A stretch of DNA of 64,000 bases from Promethearchaeia archaeon (GCA_029856125.1 JAHQWJ010000147.1:12509-76508), one strand, 5' to 3'; counted from the stretch's first letter, positions 10,069 through 19,494 are shown. Notes: generated by a model not told the origin, from the sequence alone. Made by a program: numbers and translations.

Positions 10069-10434
10069 ATGATGGGAAAAGGAAAGTATGGGAAAGGATA
10101 TGATAAGAAAAATCAAGCTTCAAAAGGCTCTGGTTCTAAAGGTGGAGGCGCACCAATTCGTGGAGGTAAGATCAAAGCCAGTCACATTTTAGTTGATAAA
10201 TTTAGTAAAGCTCAAGAGCTTTCTGAAGACATTCAAGCCGGAGAGAACTTTGAAAATTTAGCGAGGCAATTTTCTACGTGTTCGAGCAAGAAAAAAGGCG
10301 GAAATTTAGGAGAATTTGCCAAAGGGGATATGGTAGCTGAATTTTGGTCCGCTTGTGCAAAATTGAAGATCAACGAAATATCTCAACCCGTTAAATCTAA
10401 ATTTGGATATCATATTATTAAAAGAACGGGGTAA
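10069..10434 (+). CDS. Parvulin-type peptidyl-prolyl cis-trans isomerase
   Basis: ASHILV, FENLARQFS, GGNLG, SQPVKSKFGYHII rotamase motifs; K/G-rich N-terminal extension. Confidence 0.92.
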   Translation: MMGKGKYGKGYDKKNQASKGSGSKGGGAPIRGGKIKASHILVDKFSKAQELSEDIQAGENFENLARQFSTCSSKKKGGNLGEFAKGDMVAEFWSACAKLKINEISQPVKSKFGYHIIKRTG

Positions 10435-10443
10435 AAGATTAAA

Positions 10444-10516
10444 TAGCCCAGCACGGATTCGAACCGTGGTTGCAGGGTTCAGGGCCCCGAGTGCTTGACC
10501 GCTACACCACTGGGCT
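10444..10516 (-). tRNA. tRNA-Gln(CTG)
   Basis: Cloverleaf: AGCCCAG/CTGGGCT acceptor (A1-U72, typical of archaeal Gln), CGGGG-CCCTGAA-CCCTG anticodon arm, CACGG-TTCGAAT-CCGTG T arm. Confidence 0.9.
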
Positions 10517-10657
10517 TTAAAAAGATTATTAATTAATAGAATATAGTTAGTATTATCTAAAAAATCTTTTTCTTTTGAATTAAGGCTAATCCAAAAAGTC
10601 TACTAAAGGTTAATAATCTAATTTGTTAAAAAAAAAATATCTTTGAATTGAGATAGA

Positions 10658-10666
10658 TTTTTATTA
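10658..10666 (+). promoter_or_regulatory. Putative TATA box for the 10689 ncRNA
   Basis: TTTTTATTA lies about 25-30 nt upstream of the first G of the predicted closing stem; weak evidence because the region is AT-rich. Confidence 0.35.
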
Positions 10667-10688
10667 GAGTATTACCTTATGAATTATT

Positions 10689-10858
10689 GGATTACACTAG
10701 GTTTACAAGGAGGATTTAAAAAAAAAAAACTTGTTTTTTTTTAATGCTCTTATGAGTATTAAAAACCCGTGAAATTACGCGTTTTCTGCGTATTTTGGGA
10801 AACTGAAAAAACAAAACCCCGTAAACTAAAAGTAATTCTTTATCCTCCGGTGTAATCC
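10689..10858 (+). ncRNA. Unassigned structured RNA with closing stem and pseudoknot
   Basis: GGATTACACT/GGTGTAATCC, GGTTTAC/GTAAACT, GGAGGAT/ATCCTCC plus two internal hairpins; several G-U pairs form only on the + strand. Confidence 0.65.
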
Positions 10859-10860
10859 TC

Positions 10861-10868
10861 TTTTTTTT
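10861..10868 (+). terminator. Oligo-T terminator of the putative ncRNA
   Basis: T8 run starting 2 nt after the 3' strand of the closing stem. Confidence 0.5.
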
Positions 10869-10892
10869 AGAAAGATAATTAGAGAGATTTCT

Positions 10893-12101
10893 CTAATCAG
10901 TGTTATAAAGGGAAAAAATCTCTTGAAAATACTTATCCGACATACCCGCGATAAAATCTCGGGCTATTAATTTAAGGTTTCCATTTTGCTTATTTGGTTC
11001 AAAATAAGTAGTATATTTTTCATCATCAATATATTCTATGTGGTCGATAAAAATAGGAGCTTTAAAATTTTCTTCCTCTAAATCTCGGAGAGAATTTTCA
11101 AAAATTAGGTTAAATTTCTTTGTTAGATTTTCCATGTAGGAAATTTTGGAATCATCGGTTTTATGCATATCTCTTCGACTATATATATTATCATAATTAA
11201 ATCTTTTTAATTCTTTAAACGCTTCAAAAATGTCTTCACTATATCCGATAAAATCGTTATGTAAACTTGTGTTCAATAAATCCATGATAAGTGCTTTCAT
11301 GATTTTCCGATTAGTATCGCCAAGTACATTTTTACAACTATTTGGTATATCTGATCTTTTAATTATTTTTAATAGAATTGCGTCTTCAATATCTCGGCCA
11401 ATATAGGCTACAGAATCCGCAAATCTTACTGCGATGCCTTCGAAAGACATAGGTATTCTTTTAATTTGATTAGCGTTGAAACTTTCTTTATATTCTTTAA
11501 AGTGATCTTCCCAACTCTTTCCGTTTATTGTAGCTGGCTTCAACTCTCTCTCGTTAACTTCGCCATCGTGACATAGAACGCCATCTAGCACTTGAAGGGT
11601 CAGATTTAATCCTTTTGCAGGTTTGTCAGGAAATCTTTTTTCAAGAAAAGATAACCACCTTATCCCTTGAGCATTATGATTAAAAACACCCATATGATTT
11701 TTCAAACTTATATCATTTAATATAGCTTCACCTAAGTGCCCAAAAGGAGAATGTCCTACATCATGACTTAAAGCAATCGCTTCTATTAGATCAGTATTAA
11801 ATTTCAAAATTCGTCCTATTTGACGCGCAATTCTGGCTACTAAAATAACATGTAAAGAACGATGAGTAATATTTGCGTTATTAATGCCAAAAAATACTTG
11901 AGTTTTATCTATATAGCGAGCGTAAGCTTTACTGTGAACAATTCGATCAACATCTCGAAAGAAGGCAGGCCTGATATCAATAGCGGATTCTTCATCTTCT
12001 TCGTAATATCTTACTGCTTGTGAATCAGATATAGCTAAACTTCCGATATCTGAATCCCGCCTCATATGGAGAGTATAAATTTTAAGATTTTTAGGATCCA
12101 C
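10893..12101 (-). CDS. dgt: HD-domain dGTP triphosphohydrolase-like protein
   Basis: RDVDRIVHSKAYARYIDKTQVF, HRSLH, HDVGHSPFGHLGE, HNAQG, RDFIAGMSD. Confidence 0.85.
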   Translation of the reverse strand: MDPKNLKIYTLHMRRDSDIGSLAISDSQAVRYYEEDEESAIDIRPAFFRDVDRIVHSKAYARYIDKTQVFFGINNANITHRSLHVILVARIARQIGRILKFNTDLIEAIALSHDVGHSPFGHLGEAILNDISLKNHMGVFNHNAQGIRWLSFLEKRFPDKPAKGLNLTLQVLDGVLCHDGEVNERELKPATINGKSWEDHFKEYKESFNANQIKRIPMSFEGIAVRFADSVAYIGRDIEDAILLKIIKRSDIPNSCKNVLGDTNRKIMKALIMDLLNTSLHNDFIGYSEDIFEAFKELKRFNYDNIYSRRDMHKTDDSKISYMENLTKKFNLIFENSLRDLEEENFKAPIFIDHIEYIDDEKYTTYFEPNKQNGNLKLIARDFIAGMSDKYFQEIFSLYNTD

Positions 12102-12142
12102 GTATTAACTCACTTACTTATATTAGGATTAATAGCCAATGA

Positions 12143-13093
12143 TCATACACTCCCAAATTTAATATCTATGGCGTCGTAAGGACATTTTTCCTTGCATTCT
12201 AGACAAAGATTACATTCCCCCTTCCCTGTAAAGAAATCAAACGGCTCATCTAATATTCGTATTTGCTTCGGACACACATCCTCACAAATACCGCATTCCG
12301 ACCGCCCTACACACTTAACGGGATTACGCGCCAGTTTTAAAAAGGAGTACTCTGAAACTGCCGAAGAAACCGCAGCAAATGGGCAAATATACCTGCAGTA
12401 TATTCTTGGATACCAAACTGACAATACAATAATCGATAGGTAAAAAAATAAGATTAAATAACCTCCAAAATCGAGCGCACCAAATTGTGCTGGAAGAAAG
12501 ATGTTCTGGACTAAATTTGGGAAATAAACGAAGATAAATTCCGAAAGAGAGAAAAATCCAATAGGTTGGTCAGCGAAAGTACCTAATTGGGCTTTAAAAT
12601 CGATGTAAAACAAAATATTTGCATTTTTAGTGATCCCTAAAGGAAAGATAATGATAATCGTAATAATTATGAACACATACTTTATGTTTAACAGAGTCTT
12701 ATGAGTTTGTATCTTAAATTTCTTTTTTTTAGTAGGGATCGCAGCACAAGCATCTTGAATCGAACCTATAGGACATATCCAGCCGCAAAAGAATCGATTC
12801 GAGAATAATAAAACCAATAATAAAACTGCGATAAGGAAAAAAGGAAAAACTCCTTCTGCCATGGAAAAAAAGATATATTCTAAAATTCCTCCACCTTTAG
12901 ATAACGGATTTCTTGGTGAATTTAAAATAGGTAAAACTTTACTAAATCCTTCTAAACTTAATAAATTAATTGGTAAAATAGCCTCGAGAATAATGTAATT
13001 AATAATTAAAAAAGCTAAAATCTGAATAATCCTTCGGGAGATAGTTATCGAGTTTTCCCTTATTTTTAACTTTTTAAATCTCAAAGATATCAC
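12143..13093 (-). CDS. Membrane 4Fe-4S protein (NapH/MauN/YccM family)
   Basis: RFFCGWICP, RIYCRYICP and C-terminal ferredoxin motifs. Confidence 0.85.
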   Translation of the reverse strand: MISLRFKKLKIRENSITISRRIIQILAFLIINYIILEAILPINLLSLEGFSKVLPILNSPRNPLSKGGGILEYIFFSMAEGVFPFFLIAVLLLVLLFSNRFFCGWICPIGSIQDACAAIPTKKKKFKIQTHKTLLNIKYVFIIITIIIIFPLGITKNANILFYIDFKAQLGTFADQPIGFFSLSEFIFVYFPNLVQNIFLPAQFGALDFGGYLILFFYLSIIVLSVWYPRIYCRYICPFAAVSSAVSEYSFLKLARNPVKCVGRSECGICEDVCPKQIRILDEPFDFFTGKGECNLCLECKEKCPYDAIDIKFGSV

Positions 13094-13245
13094 TTGTTCA
13101 ATTTTAAATTAATAAATAATTGCTGGTTAAAAAAATTGATCTTCCTAAATGAGATGTGTGGATTTTCTATTTTCTAAAAAAAGAGTTTCATCACCTAGAA
13201 TTTTTTATAGTAAATTAGAAATAAAAAAAAATAGTGGAAATCCAT

Positions 13246-13680
13246 TTATGCTTTTTTAATTTTACTAAACGACTTCTTATATTCTTCTGGGTTTCCGCCA
13301 TCATTGAGATAATTAACATATACTTTTAGACTTTTTAAAAATAGGTCTCCTGCCATTTCCATGATGGATCGTTGATCCTCCAACTCAAATTCAGCCCATA
13401 ATGTGACAATAGTAGAATCGCCTTTATCTTCGAAAATATATCCCATTTTTTGCATCGGACTACCCTCTTGAAGGGATGTCATTTTTTCATGAGGTATGTT
13501 TTCTATTTCAGTGTTTGTTACATCTCCTACATTCGTTTTCAGGAAGTATTTTTTAGGTTCAAGCTGTGTGCATTCTGTTACAACTATATTCCATTTAGGT
13601 AAAGCTAAGTAATCGTTAAGAATTTCGTAAATCTTCTCTACAGGTGAATCCATTTCTACTTTTAATTCGATTTCCGGCAT
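13246..13680 (-). CDS. SRPBCC/START-like family protein
   Basis: SPVEKIYEILNDYLALPKWN N-terminal pattern. Confidence 0.65.
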   Translation of the reverse strand: MPEIELKVEMDSPVEKIYEILNDYLALPKWNIVVTECTQLEPKKYFLKTNVGDVTNTEIENIPHEKMTSLQEGSPMQKMGYIFEDKGDSTIVTLWAEFELEDQRSIMEMAGDLFLKSLKVYVNYLNDGGNPEEYKKSFSKIKKA

Positions 13681-13819
13681 AAAATCAACTCTTTTGAAAA
13701 TTAACTAATATTAGTGTATACTTATATTTTTCTAAAAATATAAATTAGGGCAATTCCCGGTGAATTTTTCACGAGTTGATAACAATCAAATATAAAATGA
13801 GAAAATTATTTATTAGATA

Positions 13820-15730
13820 TTACTTTAGGAGTAAAGTTTCTCTATTCTTAGGGCTTTTAGTTGCTTTCCTTAATTTCTTATGAATCATCGTTGATAAACT
13901 CACGCATTTACTCTCTTCGCCGTGATTTGTTATGATGAGCTTAGGTTTTGGTTGAATTCTGCGTAGAAATTGAGATATTTGGCTGCGCGATGAATGACCG
14001 CTAAATCCTTCTAACGTGAAAACATTCAAATTAAGTCGTACTAGTTGGGTTCTTCCTTTTGCGTTAGAATATTGAATTTCACGAAATCCCCGCTGAATTC
14101 TTGACCCTAAAGTACCATTTACTTGATAAGATACGAAAATAAGAGAATTATTTTTATCTTCTGCGAGTGCTTTCAGATATTGTACTGAAGGACCACCAAT
14201 TAGCATACCACTAGTGGCTAATATTATACAAGGTCCACCCATTATAACATTGTTCCTTTCATCGCGACCTGAGACTGTAGTGAAAAATTCGCTCAAGAAA
14301 GGGTTTTTTCCTTGATGTAAGATTTTCTCTCTTAGGTCTGAACTGAGAAAATCAGGGTTAGCGGTGTGTATCGCTGTTGCTTCGGAGATTAATCCGTCTA
14401 GAAAAATGGGAACTTGATCGATGATGCCCTTCGAAATGAACTCTTCTAACACGATTATAAGTTCTTGCGCTCTTCCTACAGCTAACACAGGAATAAGCAC
14501 CTTACCACCTCGCTTAATTGTTGAAGTTAGAATTTGTCTAAGTTCTCGCTCTGAATCTTGCCTGCTGGGAATTCGATCTTGCGGTCCACCATATGTTGAC
14601 TCTATAAGTAAACTTTCGACGCGAGGGAATTTCACAGCGGCTTGTTCGAGCAACCGAGTCTTCTGATATTTGAAGTCTCCTGTATATACGAAATTATAGC
14701 CTCCTTTTCCAAAATGGAGGTGAACTAGCGATGAACCTAATATGTGTCCGGAATTATGAAGTGTCAATTTTATATCGGGAGCAATATCAGTGACTTTTCC
14801 CCATGAAAGAGGGATAGTATGGAGTACAGCGCTTTTCACATCTCTCTTTGAGTATGGCATTGGAACGCCCTCTTTTTCACAAATCTGGACGAAATCCAAT
14901 TGTAACATAGTTGACAAGTTACGAGTTGGAAGAGTACAATAGACTGGACCGTCGTATCCATACTTAAATAAGTATGGAACCATACCACAGTGATCTAAAT
15001 GAGCATGGGTTACAATGACAGCATCTAAATCTCTTATAGAGAATTCGGGAATGTCAAAATTAGGATATTGATCGTTCTTGTTCCCCACATTCAAACCAAC
15101 ATCTAAAAGAATATTGCTATCCCTCGTTTGCATTAAAATACAAGATCTTCCAACTTCTCTAAATCCCCCTAACGCAGTTAGACGAATATCCAATTCCTTG
15201 AACAGAGTAGGTCTGTGGATTCGTTTTCCAATATTAAGGAGTATATCTTTCTGATTTTGTCTTTCTTTGGTAAGCATTTGCCTAATTAAACTAATAGTTC
15301 TCGAGGCAAGAGGAGGAGTTCGGATGGTTTTCGGTTGCCAGAATGTATTCAATCTAATCTCTTTTAAATTAACACCTTTCTTACCAATAACTAATCCTGG
15401 TTTTCCCGATTCTATAATAACTTCGCCACGTGTGTGATCAAATTCAATGTTAGTAATTTCTGCATCCTCGCTTATTAAATTTCTAATGTAATCCTCAGTT
15501 TCAGAGGGATCTTTGCGATCTTCTACATTCCATCGAAAAACCACTCTCTTTCGCATAGATTTAGCTAAATCCTTCAGTACATCGGAATTTTCCATAGATT
15601 CAAGATTTGTATTCTCTGAGTAAACAGCTATTTCAGGACCCTCAAATTCGATTTTTTTTACGACTATCTCGGGAGGGAGATGTGAAATAATTTGGTCTTT
15701 TATCCTTTGTAGTTCTCCTTCGAAACTCAT
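13820..15730 (-). CDS. fttA: Beta-CASP ribonuclease aCPSF1 (KH domains + MBL), transcription termination factor
   Basis: FEGPEIAVY, KPGLVIGK KH motif, LGGFREVGRS, HAHLDH, ESTYGG, GFSGHS. Confidence 0.95.
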   Translation of the reverse strand: MSFEGELQRIKDQIISHLPPEIVVKKIEFEGPEIAVYSENTNLESMENSDVLKDLAKSMRKRVVFRWNVEDRKDPSETEDYIRNLISEDAEITNIEFDHTRGEVIIESGKPGLVIGKKGVNLKEIRLNTFWQPKTIRTPPLASRTISLIRQMLTKERQNQKDILLNIGKRIHRPTLFKELDIRLTALGGFREVGRSCILMQTRDSNILLDVGLNVGNKNDQYPNFDIPEFSIRDLDAVIVTHAHLDHCGMVPYLFKYGYDGPVYCTLPTRNLSTMLQLDFVQICEKEGVPMPYSKRDVKSAVLHTIPLSWGKVTDIAPDIKLTLHNSGHILGSSLVHLHFGKGGYNFVYTGDFKYQKTRLLEQAAVKFPRVESLLIESTYGGPQDRIPSRQDSERELRQILTSTIKRGGKVLIPVLAVGRAQELIIVLEEFISKGIIDQVPIFLDGLISEATAIHTANPDFLSSDLREKILHQGKNPFLSEFFTTVSGRDERNNVIMGGPCIILATSGMLIGGPSVQYLKALAEDKNNSLIFVSYQVNGTLGSRIQRGFREIQYSNAKGRTQLVRLNLNVFTLEGFSGHSSRSQISQFLRRIQPKPKLIITNHGEESKCVSLSTMIHKKLRKATKSPKNRETLLLK

Positions 15731-16094
15731 GTATTTTCAATTCTTTTATATAATTCTATTTAATGATTTTAAAATGTAAAAGCTAATGAATGTTGATTTA
15801 ATTTAGAGTTATTTTATTTTGAGATTGAATTAATTGAAATAAATTAATTACAAACTCCTTTAAAATTATATATGCAGTTATTGTTATTCATTAAATGATG
15901 TTTTTGAACAAATAGAATAATTCTTAGATATTAATACAAATACCAGAGATTAAATTTAAGTATGAATTTATTCTAATTTCTATATATTATATAAATTAAT
16001 CAAATAAAAACATTTTCATTATAGATGGTGTCAAATTAGACATCTAACAAGGCATTAGGTAAAATTTTTTTGACAAAGAGGATTAGAAAAATTT

Positions 16095-16730
16095 ATGACA
16101 GAATTAAAAATAGGTGCTATCGCTAGTGGTTCGGGCTCTAATTTAGAAGCTATAATTAAAGCTTGTAAAACTGGTATATTGAAAAGTAAGGCAAGCGTAG
16201 AAATTCTTATATGCAACAAAGCGGGAGCATTTTGTATGGAGCGAGCAAAAAATCATAACATTCCCTATGAATTAATTGAGTCTAATAAGTATCTACATCT
16301 TCCAAGGGAAGAATATGACAAAAAAATGATAGAGGTGTTTCGAAAGTATAACTGCGAATTAATCGTTTTGGTAGGCTACATGAGATTAGTAAGCGGAGTG
16401 TTTATTGAAGCCTTTAATGGTAATGTTATGAATATTCATCCCGCTTTGTTACCTTCGTTTAAAGGGATGCACGCACATAGAGATGTGTTAGATTATGGGG
16501 TCAAAGTTTCCGGATGTACGGTTCATTTTGTTGATGATCAATCGGATCACGGCCCAATTATTATCCAAAAATGCGTTCCTGTTTATGATAATGACTCTGA
16601 AGATACTTTAGGAGCAAGAGTTTTAGAATGGGAGCATAGAATATTCCCTAAAGCGATCGAGCTATTTTGTAATAAGAAGCTGCATATAGAAGAAAGACTT
16701 GTTATCATAGATGGCGAATTTGAACTATAG
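16095..16730 (+). CDS. purN: Phosphoribosylglycinamide formyltransferase
   Basis: SGSGSNLEAI, GYMRL, NIHPALLPSF, GCTVHFV, DHGPII. Confidence 0.95.
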   Translation: MTELKIGAIASGSGSNLEAIIKACKTGILKSKASVEILICNKAGAFCMERAKNHNIPYELIESNKYLHLPREEYDKKMIEVFRKYNCELIVLVGYMRLVSGVFIEAFNGNVMNIHPALLPSFKGMHAHRDVLDYGVKVSGCTVHFVDDQSDHGPIIIQKCVPVYDNDSEDTLGARVLEWEHRIFPKAIELFCNKKLHIEERLVIIDGEFEL

Positions 16731-16748
16731 CCAAGCTACATTTATTAT

Positions 16749-16855
16749 GCGGGAAAATGAATGAATTCGGTGAAAGCTCTGACCCAACTGAAAGTATGGT
16801 GGATTCCATAACTTAATGAAGAAGATCTTGAGTAATGAGAATTTTCATTTCCCGC
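16749..16855 (+). ncRNA. Box C/D-like guide sRNA (predicted tRNA position-34 2'-O-methylation)
   Basis: Terminal stem GCGGGAAA/TTTCCCGC; C-like ATGAATGA; D' CTGA (16779); internal hairpin; C' ATGAAGA (16816); D ATGA (16835); both guides are complementary to tRNA-type anticodon loops. Confidence 0.7.
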
Positions 16856-16946
16856 TCCTAATTTCCTTAAATAACCCTAAAATTTTAATCAAATCACTCA
16901 TGGTAAGTAATATATTATTAACAATAAACAAGAGAAAAAAGTTAAG

Positions 16947-19136
16947 ATGCCACGTCGGAAGGAGATTTCAGAAATTCTGAATATGATGGAAAAAACGCAG
17001 AATATTAGAAACATTGGATTTGTTGGACATATCGATCACGGAAAGACAACACTTTCTGATTCGCTTCTGAGTGAGGCGGGTTTATTATCACCCGATTTAG
17101 CTGGCGAGGCTCGTGCTTTAGATTATTTAGAGGAAGAACAAGCTCGTGGGATCACTATGAAATCTACCAATATTTCATTATACTACGAAAAATCACTAGA
17201 AGACCATGAGCCATTTCTAATAAACCTCGTCGATACGCCTGGACATTTGGATTTCAGTGGAAAGGTAACTCGCGCCCTAAGATTAATAGACGGGGTTGTG
17301 GTAGTTGTTGATGCTGTTGAAGAAATAATAACACAATCAGAGACTGTGATTAAACAAGCTTTACAGGAAGGTGTAAAACCAGTTCTGTATATTAATAAAG
17401 TAGATCGCCTTATCCGAGAGTTAAAGCTAACAGATGAACAAATAAGAAAAAAATATTCAAGAATTATTAAAGATTTCAATACGCTTATTAAAAGATACGC
17501 TGACAAACCCTTCAAAAAAGAGTGGCAAGTATCTCCGGCAGATGGAAACGTTGCTTTCGGTTCCGCACTTCACAAATGGGGTTTTACTTTGCAACTATTA
17601 GAAGATAACGATTTAAAATTTTCTGATATTAGAACTCGTTATCAGAAAGAAACTTATACCAAAGAGAGTTATGCTGATTTAGCAGTTTATTTTCCAATAC
17701 ATAACGCTATATTAGAAATGGTAGTTGACCATCTCCCCAATCCTAAAGAAGCGCAAGCTTACAGAATTAGAAAGATCTGGGAAGGCGATTTAGAATCGGA
17801 TATTGGAAAAGCGATGATAAATTGTGATCCCGAAGGACCCACAATTATTTGTTTAAGCAAGGTACAAGTAGATAAACACAGTTTGGTAGCGACGGGTAGA
17901 ATTTTTTCTGGAATGTGTTCGATGAAAGAAGACGTTTTTTTGGTAAGAGAAAACAGTTATGATACAATCCGAAGGACAGCTCTCTTTATGGGACAAAGAA
18001 GGGAACAAGTCGAACAAATTCCTGTTGGTAACATTGTAGCAGTTGAAGGATTGAAGCAATTACAGAGCGGTGAAACACTAATCGCCAAAGAGTTTGCCAG
18101 TTTAATGGTTCCGTTTGAAGATGTTAAATATGTATCTACTCCTGTAGTAACCGTTTCAATCGAGCCGGAGTATTTACGAGAACTGGATAAAATGAAGGAA
18201 CTAATTGAAAACTTATTAATAGAAGACCCAAACCTTAAATTTGAAATTAACGAGGAAAACGGTGAATTCTTGCTTTCGGGAGTTGGCCCCCTACATCTTG
18301 AAATCACAGCAAATGAAATAGAAAAACGAGGGATTAATGTTTCTATTTCAGAACCACGAGCTGTATTTAAAGAATCTTGTAAGTATGATTCTCCCCTTGT
18401 CACCGTAAAATCGCAAAACAACAAGAATTCTCTTCAACTTAAAATTGAAAGAATAAAGGATAAGACTTCAAGGTTTTTACAAACTCATGATTTAGCAACA
18501 ATTAAACCTAAAGCGAGATTGAAAGAACTATTTGAGGAACGCACAGAATTAACATTAGAGGAAATACACACCTTCTGGAGGTATTTTGACAATATTAATC
18601 TGCTCTTTTATAAAAAGGATGAAGAAATTGCCCTCACTTATAAAAAAATTATAGAAGAAATCGTTACTAAGATTCTTTCAAACGGGTTTTTGTGTGGCGA
18701 AAAAATTACGGGAATTAAAGTTAAAATTAAAGATTTAACCATCGCTGAACTTAACGAAGAAAACGCTTATACAGAATTATCCACATTGTTCTACGATGCC
18801 ATCAAAAAGGCTTTAAATCAAGCTGAACTAATCCTTCTTGAGCCTATTTATCACACAGTTATTCAATTACCCCCCGATTACGTAAAAAATGCCCTTTCTT
18901 TAGCTTCAAAGTATTCTGCTAAAATAAAGAATGTTAACCAAGAAAAGGATTACCAAGCTATTATTGATATGTTATTCCCAGTAAGAAATTCGATAAAGTT
19001 TGCTGAAGATATTCGCTCGTCTACTTCAGGAAAAGCATTCTGGCAGAATGAGTTTCACTCCTTCATGGAAGTTCCTGGTCAAGAAGCTAAAAAAATAATT
19101 AGCGATTTAAGATTTAGTAAAGGACTTTCATGGTAA
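16947..19136 (+). CDS. Elongation factor 2 paralog (aEF-2p-like GTPase)
   Basis: GHIDHGKT, RGIT, DTPGH, NKVD and EF-2 domain layout; the domain IV diphthamide HRG loop is absent. Confidence 0.85.
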   Translation: MPRRKEISEILNMMEKTQNIRNIGFVGHIDHGKTTLSDSLLSEAGLLSPDLAGEARALDYLEEEQARGITMKSTNISLYYEKSLEDHEPFLINLVDTPGHLDFSGKVTRALRLIDGVVVVVDAVEEIITQSETVIKQALQEGVKPVLYINKVDRLIRELKLTDEQIRKKYSRIIKDFNTLIKRYADKPFKKEWQVSPADGNVAFGSALHKWGFTLQLLEDNDLKFSDIRTRYQKETYTKESYADLAVYFPIHNAILEMVVDHLPNPKEAQAYRIRKIWEGDLESDIGKAMINCDPEGPTIICLSKVQVDKHSLVATGRIFSGMCSMKEDVFLVRENSYDTIRRTALFMGQRREQVEQIPVGNIVAVEGLKQLQSGETLIAKEFASLMVPFEDVKYVSTPVVTVSIEPEYLRELDKMKELIENLLIEDPNLKFEINEENGEFLLSGVGPLHLEITANEIEKRGINVSISEPRAVFKESCKYDSPLVTVKSQNNKNSLQLKIERIKDKTSRFLQTHDLATIKPKARLKELFEERTELTLEEIHTFWRYFDNINLLFYKKDEEIALTYKKIIEEIVTKILSNGFLCGEKITGIKVKIKDLTIAELNEENAYTELSTLFYDAIKKALNQAELILLEPIYHTVIQLPPDYVKNALSLASKYSAKIKNVNQEKDYQAIIDMLFPVRNSIKFAEDIRSSTSGKAFWQNEFHSFMEVPGQEAKKIISDLRFSKGLSW

Positions 19137-19151
19137 TTTTGAAAAGTTAAA

Positions 19152-19222
19152 TGCGCCTGCCGGGAATTGAACCCGGGACGCTGACTTGGGAAGCCAGCAT
19201 ATTACCACTATACTACAAGCGC
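19152..19222 (-). tRNA. tRNA-Gly(CCC)
   Basis: GCGCTTG...CTGGC-TTCCCAA-GTCAG...CCGGG-TTCAATT-CCCGG-CAGGCGC-A cloverleaf. Confidence 0.93.
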
Positions 19223-19494
19223 AAAAAAGAATAAAGTAACAAATAATAATGAGCTCTCGCAAATAAATTTGTATTAATTATTATTCGATTTCTCGAAAAA
19301 GATTGTCGTGTTAAATTAACGAACAACTACTATTTTCGAATAGTGTTATATTGCCATTTTTCATGTTATTCTAGAAAGAAAAGTGTTTTTCATTTTCTAT
19401 TCAATAATAGGTTTAAAATTCTACTATTAGGATTACAGGATTAAAGATCCTAAAGACGTAGATATCCAATTAGGGGAAAAAGGGAGAATTTTAG

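Noticed and set aside
10810-10826. CAAAACCCC within the 10689 RNA resembles a ciliate telomerase template
   Set aside because: There is only one repeat unit, the pseudoknot topology differs from telomerase RNA, and no reverse transcriptase is in the window; probably coincidence
10689-10858. Assignment of the structured RNA as RNase P, SRP RNA or a hammerhead ribozyme
   Set aside because: It lacks the RNase P CR-I/CR-V sequences, the SRP helix 8 motif and the CUGANGA/GAAA core
16749-16855. Eukaryote-like SECIS element (AUGA...GA)
   Set aside because: Neither flanking gene shows an in-frame UGA, and the C/D'/C'/D layout with tRNA-complementary guides explains the sequence better
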